Assembly (NCBI GenBank): GCA_046753565.1
Contig: JBHHTY010000001.1
Span: 1 to 54,434 of the forward strand
Direction: 5' to 3'
DNA: 54,434 bases
From: Mariprofundus sp.
GTDB taxonomy: Bacteria > Pseudomonadota > Zetaproteobacteria > Mariprofundales > Mariprofundaceae
The position numbers and the translations under genes are program-made. The notes under the pieces are model-generated. The model was given only the letters and a program-made list of their open reading frames with translations, was not told where the DNA came from and did not search any database. Below, in pieces: positions 29,356 to 39,061 of this stretch (within the stretch, counting starts at the first letter, position 1; every line of letters begins with the position of its first letter).

Positions 29356-30039
29356 ATGAAAAAATATATCGTTGTTACGGCAGTTCTGATCCTGTCTGTC
29401 TTTGCCCCGACTGCATATCAGGAATATTCTGCCACACAGACAATCGCTGTGGCAGGTTCGACAGTTATGGCCAGTGACCGGATTATTGAGGAGGACGATG
29501 CCATTATCGGCACCGTGCTGGGAGGGCTGGTCGGAGGCTTCCTGGATGCGGACAGGGATGACCGGATTCATGCATCCGATGCGCGTTATCATCGTGCATG
29601 CAATCAGGGTGATGCCTATTTCAGCAAGGCAAGGCAGACCAGTGATCTGGATGAACGCATTGCTTTCATGCAGGAAGGTATCCGGCATTGCCCCGATAAT
29701 CCGGCCGCCCACAATGATCTGGGACTGGGGTTAATGATCTGGGGTGATTTGACTGCGGCTCGCACACATTTTGCCCAGGCACTCAGAATTGATCCTGATT
29801 ACAGTCCGGCCCGGATCAACCTTTCCCGCATAACTTATCCCGGGGCGACAGACCAGAAAACAAAGCAGCAGGCGGCACAGGCCAGTCATGCCGGGGGTGG
29901 CAAACCTGCTGCCGGTTTGCCTGCACATCGCGGCAACTGGGAACGACATTTTCAAAACAGCAAAGAGGCTTTGGAACGGCGGAACAGATGGAGCCAGCGG
30001 CAGGAAAAACTCATCAAACAAAATGGCGGCTATGACTGA
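29356..30039 (+). CDS. Exported TPR-repeat protein with a glycine-zipper-like segment
   Basis: GGAGG RBS; signal peptide; AIIGTVLGGLVGG; TPR consensus PDNPAAHNDLG...ARTHFAQALRIDPDYSPARINL. Confidence 0.8.
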   Translation: MKKYIVVTAVLILSVFAPTAYQEYSATQTIAVAGSTVMASDRIIEEDDAIIGTVLGGLVGGFLDADRDDRIHASDARYHRACNQGDAYFSKARQTSDLDERIAFMQEGIRHCPDNPAAHNDLGLGLMIWGDLTAARTHFAQALRIDPDYSPARINLSRITYPGATDQKTKQQAAQASHAGGGKPAAGLPAHRGNWERHFQNSKEALERRNRWSQRQEKLIKQNGGYD

Positions 30040-30279
30040 TCAGTCGTTTTGATCTGTGCTCCGGCAGGAGTGGTAGGCGCTGATGCTCGACAGGGTTGAG
30101 ACGGTATAGGGCACAACCATGGTCAGGGCGCTTTTCAGCCATGCGGTGGCGTCCATGCTGCCGGCCAGAATGGCATCGCCATGATTGATGAAAACCAGAA
30201 TCGGCCCGACAACCAGTGCAAAACGCAGGGCAGTGCGGATGACTTCCGGCTGACGGGCTGTGTGCAGATGTTTTCTCAT
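30040..30279 (-). CDS. nrtS: NrtS-family small nitrate/nitrite transporter-like protein
   Basis: TALRFALVVGPILVFINHGDAI...LTMVVPYTVST two-TM signature. Confidence 0.75.
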   Translation of the reverse strand: MRKHLHTARQPEVIRTALRFALVVGPILVFINHGDAILAGSMDATAWLKSALTMVVPYTVSTLSSISAYHSCRSTDQND

Positions 30280-30364
30280 GGATATTGCCGGGTTAATGAC
30301 ATGAGCCTTGGTCTGTTATTCTACAGGATCCATTACAGGGTGTGTCACGGCGCATAAGTTCCGC

Positions 30365-30393
30365 TTGCAAAGTGTACGTCCGTACACCATGAT
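30365..30393 (+). promoter_or_regulatory. Sigma70 promoter with an operator-like palindrome in the spacer
   Basis: TTGCAA (30365-70), 17-bp spacer containing GTGTACG-TC-CGTACAC (30372-87), CATGAT (30388-93), ATG 6 nt later. Confidence 0.7.
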
Positions 30394-30399
30394 GCGCCT

Positions 30400-30972
30400 A
30401 TGGTGAATAAAGACCCTTTCTATCTGGGGCGACTGCAGGATTATTACGCGCTGCATCGTCTGATTCCATCCTATGCAGAGATTGCATCGCTGGTCGGTGT
30501 GAGCAAGCAGGGCGCGGTCAAGTTTATTGATCGTATGATTTTTGCCGGTTATATCCGCAAGGGCGCCGGCGGCCGGTTGAGTCCGGCCAATATGTTTTTT
30601 GCGCGCCCGCATGTGGGGCGTGCACCGGCCGGTTTTGCCAGTCCGGCAACCGAGGCGCTGGGTGATGCCATTACTATCGATGAATATCTGGTGGAGCGTC
30701 CATCCAGCACGGTGCTGGTCAGTGTGCGGGGCGATTCGATGATTGAGGCCGGTATTCATGACGGTGATTTCCTGATTGTCGAACGCAATACCAATCCGAA
30801 CATCGGCAAAATTGTTGTGGCGATTGTGGATGGCGATTTTACCATCAAATATCTTCGATCCGGTTCTGACGGTTTGTTTCTGGAGCCGGCCAACGCCGAT
30901 TATCCCAATATCTATCCGGAAACATCGCTCGACATCTATGGTGAAGTCGTCGGTCAGTTTCGGAAGTTTTAA
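30400..30972 (+). CDS. LexA/UmuD-like S24 autopeptidase with N-terminal HTH
   Basis: PSYAEIASLVGVS HTH; Ala-Gly cleavage site PAGFASP; VRGDSM catalytic Ser; FTIKYL catalytic Lys. Confidence 0.92.
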   Translation: MVNKDPFYLGRLQDYYALHRLIPSYAEIASLVGVSKQGAVKFIDRMIFAGYIRKGAGGRLSPANMFFARPHVGRAPAGFASPATEALGDAITIDEYLVERPSSTVLVSVRGDSMIEAGIHDGDFLIVERNTNPNIGKIVVAIVDGDFTIKYLRSGSDGLFLEPANADYPNIYPETSLDIYGEVVGQFRKF

Positions 30973-31005
30973 AGGTTTTTGCCTTTGTGAAACTTTGCGG
31001 TTCAA

Positions 31006-32250
31006 ATGGTTTTGCATGAAAAAACGGCTAACTGGCCCAATGCGATTGCACATGTAGATTGTGATGCCTTTTATGCTTCCTGCGAGGCAGTACGTCACCC
31101 TGAGTTGAAAGGAAGGGAGATTTGCGTACTTTCCAGCCAGAATGCTATAGTGGTAGCCAAGTCCTACGGTGCCAAAGCGCTTGGTGTCAGCACAGGAATG
31201 CCTGTATGGGAGGCCAGAAAGGTGGCGCCGCAGGCGGTATTTCTGGCCGCCGATTTTCATTATTACGGTCAGATGTCCGAAAAGGTATTTTCCATACTGC
31301 GATCCTACAGCCCCGGTATCGAGGTGTATTCCATCGATGAGGCATTCATGGATATGAACGGTATCCGTCGCCTGTGGCGCAAATCATTCTGCCAGCTGGC
31401 CGATGATATACGTTTGTCTGTCTGGCGTGAGACCGGGATTACGGTCTCGGTGGGCATTGCCGGTACACGCACACTGGCCAAGATGGCTTCCGAATCCGGC
31501 AAACCGAACGGTATCACTGTGCTGCCGCAGGAGAGAATCAGGCATTTTCTGGGTGGGATGGCCGTGACAGATATTCCGGGAGTCGGCCGCAATCGTGCTG
31601 CCTTATTGCACAGATCAGGTATCCGTACGGCATTGTCCTTTGCCGATCTGGATGGTGGCATGATGCAGCGCGTGATGGGCCGGAGTGGTATGCAGCTCAA
31701 ACATGAACTGTCCGGCCGATCTGTATTGCCATTGCTGTTGAAGCCGGTGCTGCCGAAAAGCGTTGCCCGCACGGCATCGATGGGACAGGTGGCGGGGAAT
31801 CGGGATATATTGATGGCACATCTGAGCTGGCATGTGATGCGTCTGGTTTCCGAGCTGGTGGCCAAACAGCTGTTGACCCGTCGCGTATATCTTTTTCTCA
31901 CGCTGGCTTCATTTGAACGCAGTGGCATCCCCCTGTCGCTGGAAGTACCGAGTAACAGCCTGAGACGGATCATGAGCGTGATCAAATCGGGGTTTTGCAG
32001 CCTGTTCAGGCCGGGACAGCAATATCGCGGTTGTGGCGTGGTGGCAGGTGATATCAGTCGTGAAACAACAGCTACCCATGACCTGTTCGGTCTGATGCTG
32101 TCAGATACACGTCAGACTGCCCTGATACAGACAGTGAATGCCATGAACAGAAAATACGGTCGCCGGATGTTGTTGCCGGCAGCCGCCACCCGGGTAAAAG
32201 GGCTTTCCGGGCAGCCGCGATTTCATTACCCGCTTCTGATTGCATATTAG
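31006..32250 (+). CDS. Y-family translesion DNA polymerase (UmuC/DinB-like)
   Basis: HVDCDAFYASCE, YSIDEAF, SVGIA..RTLAKMAS, KPNG, IPGVG; HDLF clamp-binding-like motif near the C-terminus. Confidence 0.92.
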   Translation: MVLHEKTANWPNAIAHVDCDAFYASCEAVRHPELKGREICVLSSQNAIVVAKSYGAKALGVSTGMPVWEARKVAPQAVFLAADFHYYGQMSEKVFSILRSYSPGIEVYSIDEAFMDMNGIRRLWRKSFCQLADDIRLSVWRETGITVSVGIAGTRTLAKMASESGKPNGITVLPQERIRHFLGGMAVTDIPGVGRNRAALLHRSGIRTALSFADLDGGMMQRVMGRSGMQLKHELSGRSVLPLLLKPVLPKSVARTASMGQVAGNRDILMAHLSWHVMRLVSELVAKQLLTRRVYLFLTLASFERSGIPLSLEVPSNSLRRIMSVIKSGFCSLFRPGQQYRGCGVVAGDISRETTATHDLFGLMLSDTRQTALIQTVNAMNRKYGRRMLLPAAATRVKGLSGQPRFHYPLLIAY

Positions 32251-32422
32251 CGATCGTGGCACTTCCTGTGATAAGCATTGTGTAACTGGTCGGGTATCTG
32301 ACAGATTTGCATGGCGATGAACGACAGCCATGAACGACAAATGACAAAAGCGGACTTGCGGACAGGTTTGCGATAGACTACATATAAGTAACGAATGTCT
32401 TTGACCGGACGAAGGAGCTCGT

Positions 32423-33754
32423 ATGGCGACACGGAGTACTGGGCAACACAAAACCGATGTGGCGATTGTGGCTGGCATACGCACGCCATTGGGAAAAGCT
32501 TCCGGAGTATTTGACCGGTTGAGTGTCGTGGATCTGGGTGTGCTGGCTGTGCGGGAAGTGCTGGCGCGTGCACCGGTCAGTCGCGACGATATCGATCAGG
32601 TCATTATCGGCAATGTGATTCAGCCGGCTGAAGCGGCTAATGTCGCCCGTGTGGTTGCATTGATGGCCGGAGTTCCCCGCAGTATTCCCGCCCACACCGT
32701 GCACCGCAATTGTGCTTCGGGCATGCAGGCGCTCACCGATGCGGCGGAAAAGATTCAGCTGGGCCGTGCCGATGTGGTGTTGGCGGGCGGTGTTGAATCG
32801 ATGACGCATGCGCCATTGTTGTTTCATGATCGTTTCCGGGCCGCCATGGCCCGCTTGCCTCGAGCCAGAACATTGCAGCAGAAATTACCCGTTTTGATGG
32901 AGCTTGCCAAAGCGCCGTGGAAACCGCGTGTTGCCCTGCTTGAAGGCTTGACCGATCCGACCGTTGGTCTCGGCATGGGGCAGACAGCGGAAGTGCTGGC
33001 GCGTGAATTCGGTATTTCGCGTCGTGAACAGGATGAGTTTTCGGTTCAAAGTCATCAGCGGGCTGCAGCAGCCTGGGATGCGGGATGGTTTGATGATGAA
33101 GTGATGCATGTGTTTGCACCACCATCATTTTCTGCAGTGCATCGCGATGAGGGCATTCGACCCGATCAGAATCTGGAGGCACTGGCCAGATTGAAACCGG
33201 TGTTCGACAAGCCACTCGGTTCGGTCACGGCAGGTAACAGTTCACAGATCACCGATGGTGCGGCCATGCTGCTTCTGGCCAGCCGTGAAAAAGCCGAGGC
33301 GGAAGGCTGGCCGGTCATGGGCTATCTGCATGACTGGGCCTATGCCGGTTGTGACCCGGCCCGTATGGGGCTGGGGCCGGTATTTGCCACACAACGACTG
33401 CTGACAGAGGCCGGCATGAATATTTCCGATCTGGCCAGAATGGAAATCAATGAAGCTTTTGCCGCACAGGTGCTGGCTTGCCTGAAAGCAATGGATTCGG
33501 ATGCATTTGCAAACAAACACCTGGGTATCGGCAAGGCGATTGGTGTTCCGGATATGGATATTCTGAATGCCCGTGGCGGCGCAGTGGCTTTCGGGCACCC
33601 GGTCGGCATGACCGGCGCCCGGCTGGTGCTGACATTGCTCAGGCAATTGAGGGATGATACGGGCGGTGGTCTGGCTGTCGGAAGCCTGTGTATCGGCGGC
33701 GGTCAGGGTGGTGCCGTGCTGGTTGGCAGCGAGCCGGCCGGGGGTGGATCATGA
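32423..33754 (+). CDS. Acetyl-CoA C-acyltransferase (thiolase, FadA/FadI-like)
   Basis: NCASG, GGVESM, VTAGNSS, INEAFA, GHPVG, CIGGGQG. Confidence 0.95.
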   Translation: MATRSTGQHKTDVAIVAGIRTPLGKASGVFDRLSVVDLGVLAVREVLARAPVSRDDIDQVIIGNVIQPAEAANVARVVALMAGVPRSIPAHTVHRNCASGMQALTDAAEKIQLGRADVVLAGGVESMTHAPLLFHDRFRAAMARLPRARTLQQKLPVLMELAKAPWKPRVALLEGLTDPTVGLGMGQTAEVLAREFGISRREQDEFSVQSHQRAAAAWDAGWFDDEVMHVFAPPSFSAVHRDEGIRPDQNLEALARLKPVFDKPLGSVTAGNSSQITDGAAMLLLASREKAEAEGWPVMGYLHDWAYAGCDPARMGLGPVFATQRLLTEAGMNISDLARMEINEAFAAQVLACLKAMDSDAFANKHLGIGKAIGVPDMDILNARGGAVAFGHPVGMTGARLVLTLLRQLRDDTGGGLAVGSLCIGGGQGGAVLVGSEPAGGGS

Positions 33755-35844
33755 GTGTTATCAGTCTGATACGTGGAGAGCATATCACCCGCCTGCATTT
33801 TGAACGTGAAGACAGGCCGGTCAATGTGCTGGATGAAGCATGTATTGCACAACTGGAAGCGCATCTGGATGCACTGGAGGCGGAGCCGCCGCAAATACTG
33901 GTGCTGGAAAGTGGCTTGTCCGGCTGTTTTATCGCCGGTGCCGATCTGGACATGATTGCAGCGGTTACTGATGCAAAAGAGGCTGCGCAACTGGCGGAAC
34001 GCGGGCAGTCACTGTGCCGCCGCATCGAAGTGTTGCCATCGGTGTCGATTGCGCTGGTGCATGGTGCCTGTATGGGGGGTGGTCTGGAAGTGGCACTGGC
34101 ATGCGATTATATCGTGGCGGTGGATGATCCGCGTACGCAGCTGGCGTTGCCTGAAATCAAAATTGGCATTCACCCCGGTTTCGGTGGTTGTGTGCGCCTG
34201 CCAAAACGGGTTGGCTGGGTACAGGCAGTTGAGATGATTCTCAGCGGCCGGGCGGCCGATGCCCGTCGCGCTCACCGAATCGGCTTGGCTGCCCTGTGCA
34301 GCAAACCGGAACAACTGGATGATGCCGTGTCTTATCTGGCAGCGAAGGGCAAGGTGAATGCGCGGCAATTCAGCCCGTGGTGGCTGAATCTATGGCCGGC
34401 TCGTGTGCTGTTTTTTCAGCAGGTGGAGAAAAAGACCTATGCGCGCCTGAAACATCTCGATATCGAATCGGCGTATCCGGCCATACCGGCCGTTATTGCA
34501 TTGCTCAAGGAGATCATCGGCATGTCTGATGGTCTGGCGCTGGCGCGTGAGGCCGAATCGCTGGGGCGCATGGCAGTCACGCCAACCTGCAAGAGTCTGA
34601 TTCATGTGTTCCATCTTGGTGATGCACTGAAAAAACAGGATGCGGCCAAACGGGGCCACAAGGCTATAGCCGGATTCAAAAAAACAGCGGTGTACGGTGC
34701 CGGTGTGATGGGTGGCGGTATTGCCTGGGTGGCATCGAAAACGATGGATGTGGATTTGCATGAAGTGGCCGCCGAACCGCTGGCACGCGGTATGAAAGGA
34801 ATCGGGCGACTGGCAACCCGTCGGGGGCGTACCGACAGCAAACGTCTGAACCGGATCAGGCCGGTGCTGGATAATAGTGGTTTGCATGATACCGATGTGG
34901 TGATTGAAGCCGTGCTGGAAGAGATCAAAATCAAACGCAAGTTGTGGGCTGAGGTTGGCAAGCATGTGCCGAAAGAGGCGCTGTTGCTCTCGAACACATC
35001 ATCCTTATCCATTTCCGAAATGCAGCAACGGCGGGCCAATGCCGGGCGTATTGCCGGTTTTCACTTTTTTAATCCGGCTCCGAAAATGCCGCTGGTTGAA
35101 GTCATTGCCGGCGAAAAAACAACGGACGATACGCTGGACAAGACCTGTGCGCTGGCGGCTTCATGGGGAAAATATCCGATTATCGTGGCGGACCGCCCCG
35201 GTTTTCTGATCAATCGCTGTCTGATGCCGTATATGGGAGCTGCGCTGCGATTGCTTGAGGCAGGACAGAAGCCCGAACATGTTGACGGTGTATTGAAGCG
35301 ATTCGGTATGCCGATGGGGGCGATTGAACTGGCGGATCGGGTCGGGCTGGATATCTGTCACCATGTGGGTGCGCATCTTGCCGGGGCATTCGAGCATCAG
35401 CAGGCCATGCCGGCATGGTTTGAGAAGATGGTGGATGCAGGCCTGCTGGGCGAGAAATCCGGCCAGGGTTTCTTTCTCTATGAAAAAGGCAAGCAGGGGG
35501 CGCTGAATCCGGAACTGGGCACCTATTTGCCATCGGCCCGGGCGAAGGAGAAGGAATTCGATGCTGATATGGCATCGTCTGCCGACGTGATGACGGCTGC
35601 GGATATTGAAGATGCCTGTCTGATTCCGATGCTGGCAGAGGCATTGCAATGCTTGTCCGAACAGGTGGTGAAAGATCCGCAACAGCTTGATGCGGCTTTT
35701 GTTTATGGTATCGGATTTCCGCCGTTCCGGGGCGGTTTGCTACGTTATTTCGCATCATACGATATAGCCTCGCTGGCGCAGAAAATCGAATCGCTCGGAT
35801 TGGCTGTGCCGGACAACCTGGAGGTGTTGCATGGATTCCAATGA
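33751..35844 (+). CDS. Fatty-acid oxidation multifunctional subunit alpha (enoyl-CoA hydratase + 3-hydroxyacyl-CoA dehydrogenase; FadJ/FadB-like)
   Basis: FIAGADL, CMGGGLE, LPEIKIGIHPGFGG, GAGVMGGGIA, NTSSL, HFFNPAPKMPLVE. ATGA overlap with the thiolase stop. Confidence 0.95.
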   Translation: MSVISLIRGEHITRLHFEREDRPVNVLDEACIAQLEAHLDALEAEPPQILVLESGLSGCFIAGADLDMIAAVTDAKEAAQLAERGQSLCRRIEVLPSVSIALVHGACMGGGLEVALACDYIVAVDDPRTQLALPEIKIGIHPGFGGCVRLPKRVGWVQAVEMILSGRAADARRAHRIGLAALCSKPEQLDDAVSYLAAKGKVNARQFSPWWLNLWPARVLFFQQVEKKTYARLKHLDIESAYPAIPAVIALLKEIIGMSDGLALAREAESLGRMAVTPTCKSLIHVFHLGDALKKQDAAKRGHKAIAGFKKTAVYGAGVMGGGIAWVASKTMDVDLHEVAAEPLARGMKGIGRLATRRGRTDSKRLNRIRPVLDNSGLHDTDVVIEAVLEEIKIKRKLWAEVGKHVPKEALLLSNTSSLSISEMQQRRANAGRIAGFHFFNPAPKMPLVEVIAGEKTTDDTLDKTCALAASWGKYPIIVADRPGFLINRCLMPYMGAALRLLEAGQKPEHVDGVLKRFGMPMGAIELADRVGLDICHHVGAHLAGAFEHQQAMPAWFEKMVDAGLLGEKSGQGFFLYEKGKQGALNPELGTYLPSARAKEKEFDADMASSADVMTAADIEDACLIPMLAEALQCLSEQVVKDPQQLDAAFVYGIGFPPFRGGLLRYFASYDIASLAQKIESLGLAVPDNLEVLHGFQ

Positions 35845-37636
35845 GCAGAAATGTCCCGGCCTGAAACTGGCGGAGCAGGCTGCATGTCTGTCTGATCTGT
35901 TGCTGGCTTCCCCTCCGGACTGGCTGGATAAACCTATGCTGCGTTTCAGGCAATATGATGGAAGCTGGCAATCCTGGCCCCGGATTCGTGTGCAGCAGGC
36001 AGTACTCAGGGTGGCGGCATGGCTGGAGTCGGAAGGCATCCGGCCGGGAGATCGGGTCGGAATTCTGGGGCATAACTCACCGGAATGGTTTATTGCCGAT
36101 TTTGCTATTTTGAGGCTGGGTGCTGTGACAGTGCCGGCTTATTTTACCGATCCCCCGGAAGCTGTTCGTTATGTATTTGATGATGCCGATGTGGCGGTGA
36201 TTTTTGTTGAAGAGGGCGAACAACAGGCCAAGCTGGAAGGCAGTTCAGAGATCGCTGATAAGCGGTTTATCTCTTTCCACGGTAATGGCGAGAGCATTGC
36301 GGCAATTGCTGATGATGAGGCGTGGGACAACAGGCTGGAGGCACCGTGTCCCAGGCGTGAACAGCTGGCCACGCTGATTTATACATCCGGAACCACCGGA
36401 CACCCCAAGGGAGTGATGTTGACCCACGGCAATTTACTCAGTGATGTGGCGGCGGGTGTCGGTGCGGTGCCGGTATTCCCCGATGATTTGTTTCTCTCGT
36501 TTCTGCCGACATCGCATGCTTTTGAACGCACTGTCGGCCATTTCCTGCCGACTGCCTGCGGTGCTGAAATTGCCTATGCCGAGGCGGTGACAACATTGTT
36601 GAGGGATATGCCGGAAGTGCATCCGACCATCATGGTTTCCGTTCCGCGTTTGTATGAAAAGATTTATGCCGGTGTTCAGGCCAAGCTGGAAGCCGGATCA
36701 GGCCTGAAACACAGGCTGTTCAACCTGGCCCAGAAACTGGGTTTGGAGCGCTTTGAATTGAAACAGCAGGGCAGGGACTTGTCTGCCGGCAAGGCATTGC
36801 TGTGGCGATTGCTTGATCAGCTGGTCAATGCCAAATTGCGTGAAAAAATGGGCGGTAACATCCGGCTGTTTGTTTCGGGTGGTGCGGCATTGCATCCGAA
36901 AATCGCCCGTTTTTTGCTGGCGGCTGATATCATGGTTCTGCCCGGTTACGGATTGACAGAGACCGCACCGATATTGTCGGTAAATGTGCCCGACAGGATT
37001 AAACCGGCGACAGTCGGGGGGGCTCTGGCCGGTGTCGAATTCAGGATCGCAGACGATGGCGAATTGCTGGTGAAAGGGCCGATGGTTATGCAGGGCTACT
37101 GGCATCAGCCTGAAGCGACGGACGAGGCATTCGATGCCGATGGCTGGCTGTATACCGGCGATATCGTTGAAATGGATGATGACGGCTATATCACCATTGT
37201 TGATCGCAAGAAGGAAATCATGGTGCTTTCCAACGGTGAGAATGTTCCTCCGGCGCTCATTGAACAGCATCTGAATCAGGATCCGTGTATTCTGCAAAGT
37301 ATGATCGTGGCTGACGGGCGCCCTTATGTGGCTGCATTGCTGGTGCCCGATGAAGCGGCACTGGCCGTGGCATGGCGTCAGGAGAAGGGCAAAGCGTTGC
37401 CGGATGACTGGCGGGATAATAAGGGATTTTCCGACTGGCTGCTTGACCGGCTACATGATGATGAACACGACCTGTCCAGCTTCATGCAGGTGAAGCGATT
37501 TGCTTTTGTCGATGAAGAGTGGACCCAGGCTGACGGTTTTTTGACCCCCACCCTGAAACTCAAACGCAGAAAAATCATTGAACACCATGCCGATCTGATC
37601 GAATCACTCTATCCGGATAGCAGGCAACAGGCATAA
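35831..37636 (+). CDS. Long-chain acyl-CoA synthetase (AMP-dependent)
   Basis: YTSGTTGHPKG, GYGLTE, TGDI, IVDRKK, LTPTLKLKR. Confidence 0.93.
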   Translation: MDSNEQKCPGLKLAEQAACLSDLLLASPPDWLDKPMLRFRQYDGSWQSWPRIRVQQAVLRVAAWLESEGIRPGDRVGILGHNSPEWFIADFAILRLGAVTVPAYFTDPPEAVRYVFDDADVAVIFVEEGEQQAKLEGSSEIADKRFISFHGNGESIAAIADDEAWDNRLEAPCPRREQLATLIYTSGTTGHPKGVMLTHGNLLSDVAAGVGAVPVFPDDLFLSFLPTSHAFERTVGHFLPTACGAEIAYAEAVTTLLRDMPEVHPTIMVSVPRLYEKIYAGVQAKLEAGSGLKHRLFNLAQKLGLERFELKQQGRDLSAGKALLWRLLDQLVNAKLREKMGGNIRLFVSGGAALHPKIARFLLAADIMVLPGYGLTETAPILSVNVPDRIKPATVGGALAGVEFRIADDGELLVKGPMVMQGYWHQPEATDEAFDADGWLYTGDIVEMDDDGYITIVDRKKEIMVLSNGENVPPALIEQHLNQDPCILQSMIVADGRPYVAALLVPDEAALAVAWRQEKGKALPDDWRDNKGFSDWLLDRLHDDEHDLSSFMQVKRFAFVDEEWTQADGFLTPTLKLKRRKIIEHHADLIESLYPDSRQQA

Positions 37637-37718
37637 AACCACAGCGCTGTTTTTGCAGGCCGCCGCGGCCTGCACGAAAATACTGAATGAATCAGCGTTT
37701 CCATAGTAAGCTTGCCCG

Positions 37719-38351
37719 ATGACAGAACGGAACAATCATGCTGTGTCCGAGTGGCAATGGATGGGTAAACAGGCGTATGAAGCTGTCTGGCAGATGTTGC
37801 GACAACGTGCTGTCGATGTGGCGGAGATGTGTGCCGATGAAATCATTGTCTGTTGTGAGCACGAACCTGTCTACACGACCGGGAAACGCGGCATCGACAA
37901 TCGTCTCGGCGCCGAACTCCCGGCTCCGGTTGTATATTCTGACAGGGGCGGGGAGATGACCTTTCACGGCCCCGGTCAGCTGATGATTTATCCGGTGATT
38001 GATTTGCGCAGGCGCCGGATCGGTGTGAAGCAATATGTCCATATGCTGGAGCAATCCTGTATCAATATGTTGAAGGACCTGGGCGTGGATACAGCCCGTC
38101 GTTGCGGGTTTCCGGGAGTGTGGGTCGGTCAGAACAAAATCGCTGCACTCGGTATACGCATTGCGCGCGGCGTGGCTTATCATGGCATGGCATTGAATGT
38201 GGATGTGGAGGCCGAATGGTTTGCCGCCATCAATCCCTGTGGCATGCAATCCGGTGTTGTCAATCTGGCGGATTTTGCGGATACACCCCCGCTATCCGAC
38301 CTGGCAGAGCGCTGGCAGTGTTGTTTGAACGATCTTCTGCAGGCACAATGA
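37719..38351 (+). CDS. lipB: Octanoyltransferase LipB
   Basis: EHEPVYTTG, DRGGEMTFHGPGQL, KIAALG, HGMALN, INPCG. Confidence 0.96.
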   Translation: MTERNNHAVSEWQWMGKQAYEAVWQMLRQRAVDVAEMCADEIIVCCEHEPVYTTGKRGIDNRLGAELPAPVVYSDRGGEMTFHGPGQLMIYPVIDLRRRRIGVKQYVHMLEQSCINMLKDLGVDTARRCGFPGVWVGQNKIAALGIRIARGVAYHGMALNVDVEAEWFAAINPCGMQSGVVNLADFADTPPLSDLAERWQCCLNDLLQAQ

Positions 38352-38390
38352 TCTGGAGTGTCGTGCCTCGGGATCATCACGGTATCCGGG

Positions 38391-38933
38391 CTAGGGAATT
38401 ATTCTGGTAGCGATTTCGGCCAGATGCGCGCCGTAACTGCGGGCGGCAGCCAGTGCGGCTTCCGAAACGGTGTCCGGCATGCCTTCATGATTGCCGCTGC
38501 GTCCGTAGGGCCCCCATTGCAGGCCGCCATCAGCATAGCCGGGCAGTGATTTGGGGAAGCCGACCACCTGCATGCCGTGTGCAAGAAAATTGGAATAGAG
38601 CGCAATCATGGTTTGCTCCACGCCGCCGCCGCTGCCGCCGAATCCGCCGCCGCTGGCAAACACACCGCCCACCTTGCCTTCGAGGGCGCTTTCCATCCAC
38701 AGTTTGGCGGCGCGATCAATAAGCTGTTTCATCTGCCATGCCATCGAACCCATATGTACCGGTGTACCGAACACGATCACATCGGCAGACAGCAAATCCT
38801 GCAGTGATGTTTCTTCGGCCGTGTTCAGGGTAATGGACGCAGCGGGCTGATCTGCCCGAACTCCGGCGGCTATGGCTTCGGCCATTTTTTTTGTGTTTCC
38901 GTAATCGGAATGATATGCAATCAAGATATCCAT
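38391..38933 (-). CDS. WrbA-like flavodoxin / NAD(P)H:quinone oxidoreductase
   Basis: [28 protein letters not shown]; GGAGG RBS before ATG 38933. Confidence 0.88.
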   Translation of the reverse strand: MDILIAYHSDYGNTKKMAEAIAAGVRADQPAASITLNTAEETSLQDLLSADVIVFGTPVHMGSMAWQMKQLIDRAAKLWMESALEGKVGGVFASGGGFGGSGGGVEQTMIALYSNFLAHGMQVVGFPKSLPGYADGGLQWGPYGRSGNHEGMPDTVSEAALAAARSYGAHLAEIATRIIP

Positions 38934-39061
38934 CAGTTCCTCCATCCGGCAGATTTCTGCGGAGATTATCACCAATACAAGTGGAAAAACCATTGCACTT
39001 TAGAAACGGCGCAAATAACGCTAGTGTGCGCAACCTTTTTTCAGGTACAGGAGATGATACA

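Noticed and set aside
37654-37674. GC palindrome TGCAGGCCGC-C-GCGGCCTGCA as a terminator or REP element
   Set aside because: No downstream U-tract on either strand and no second copy noticed in the window.
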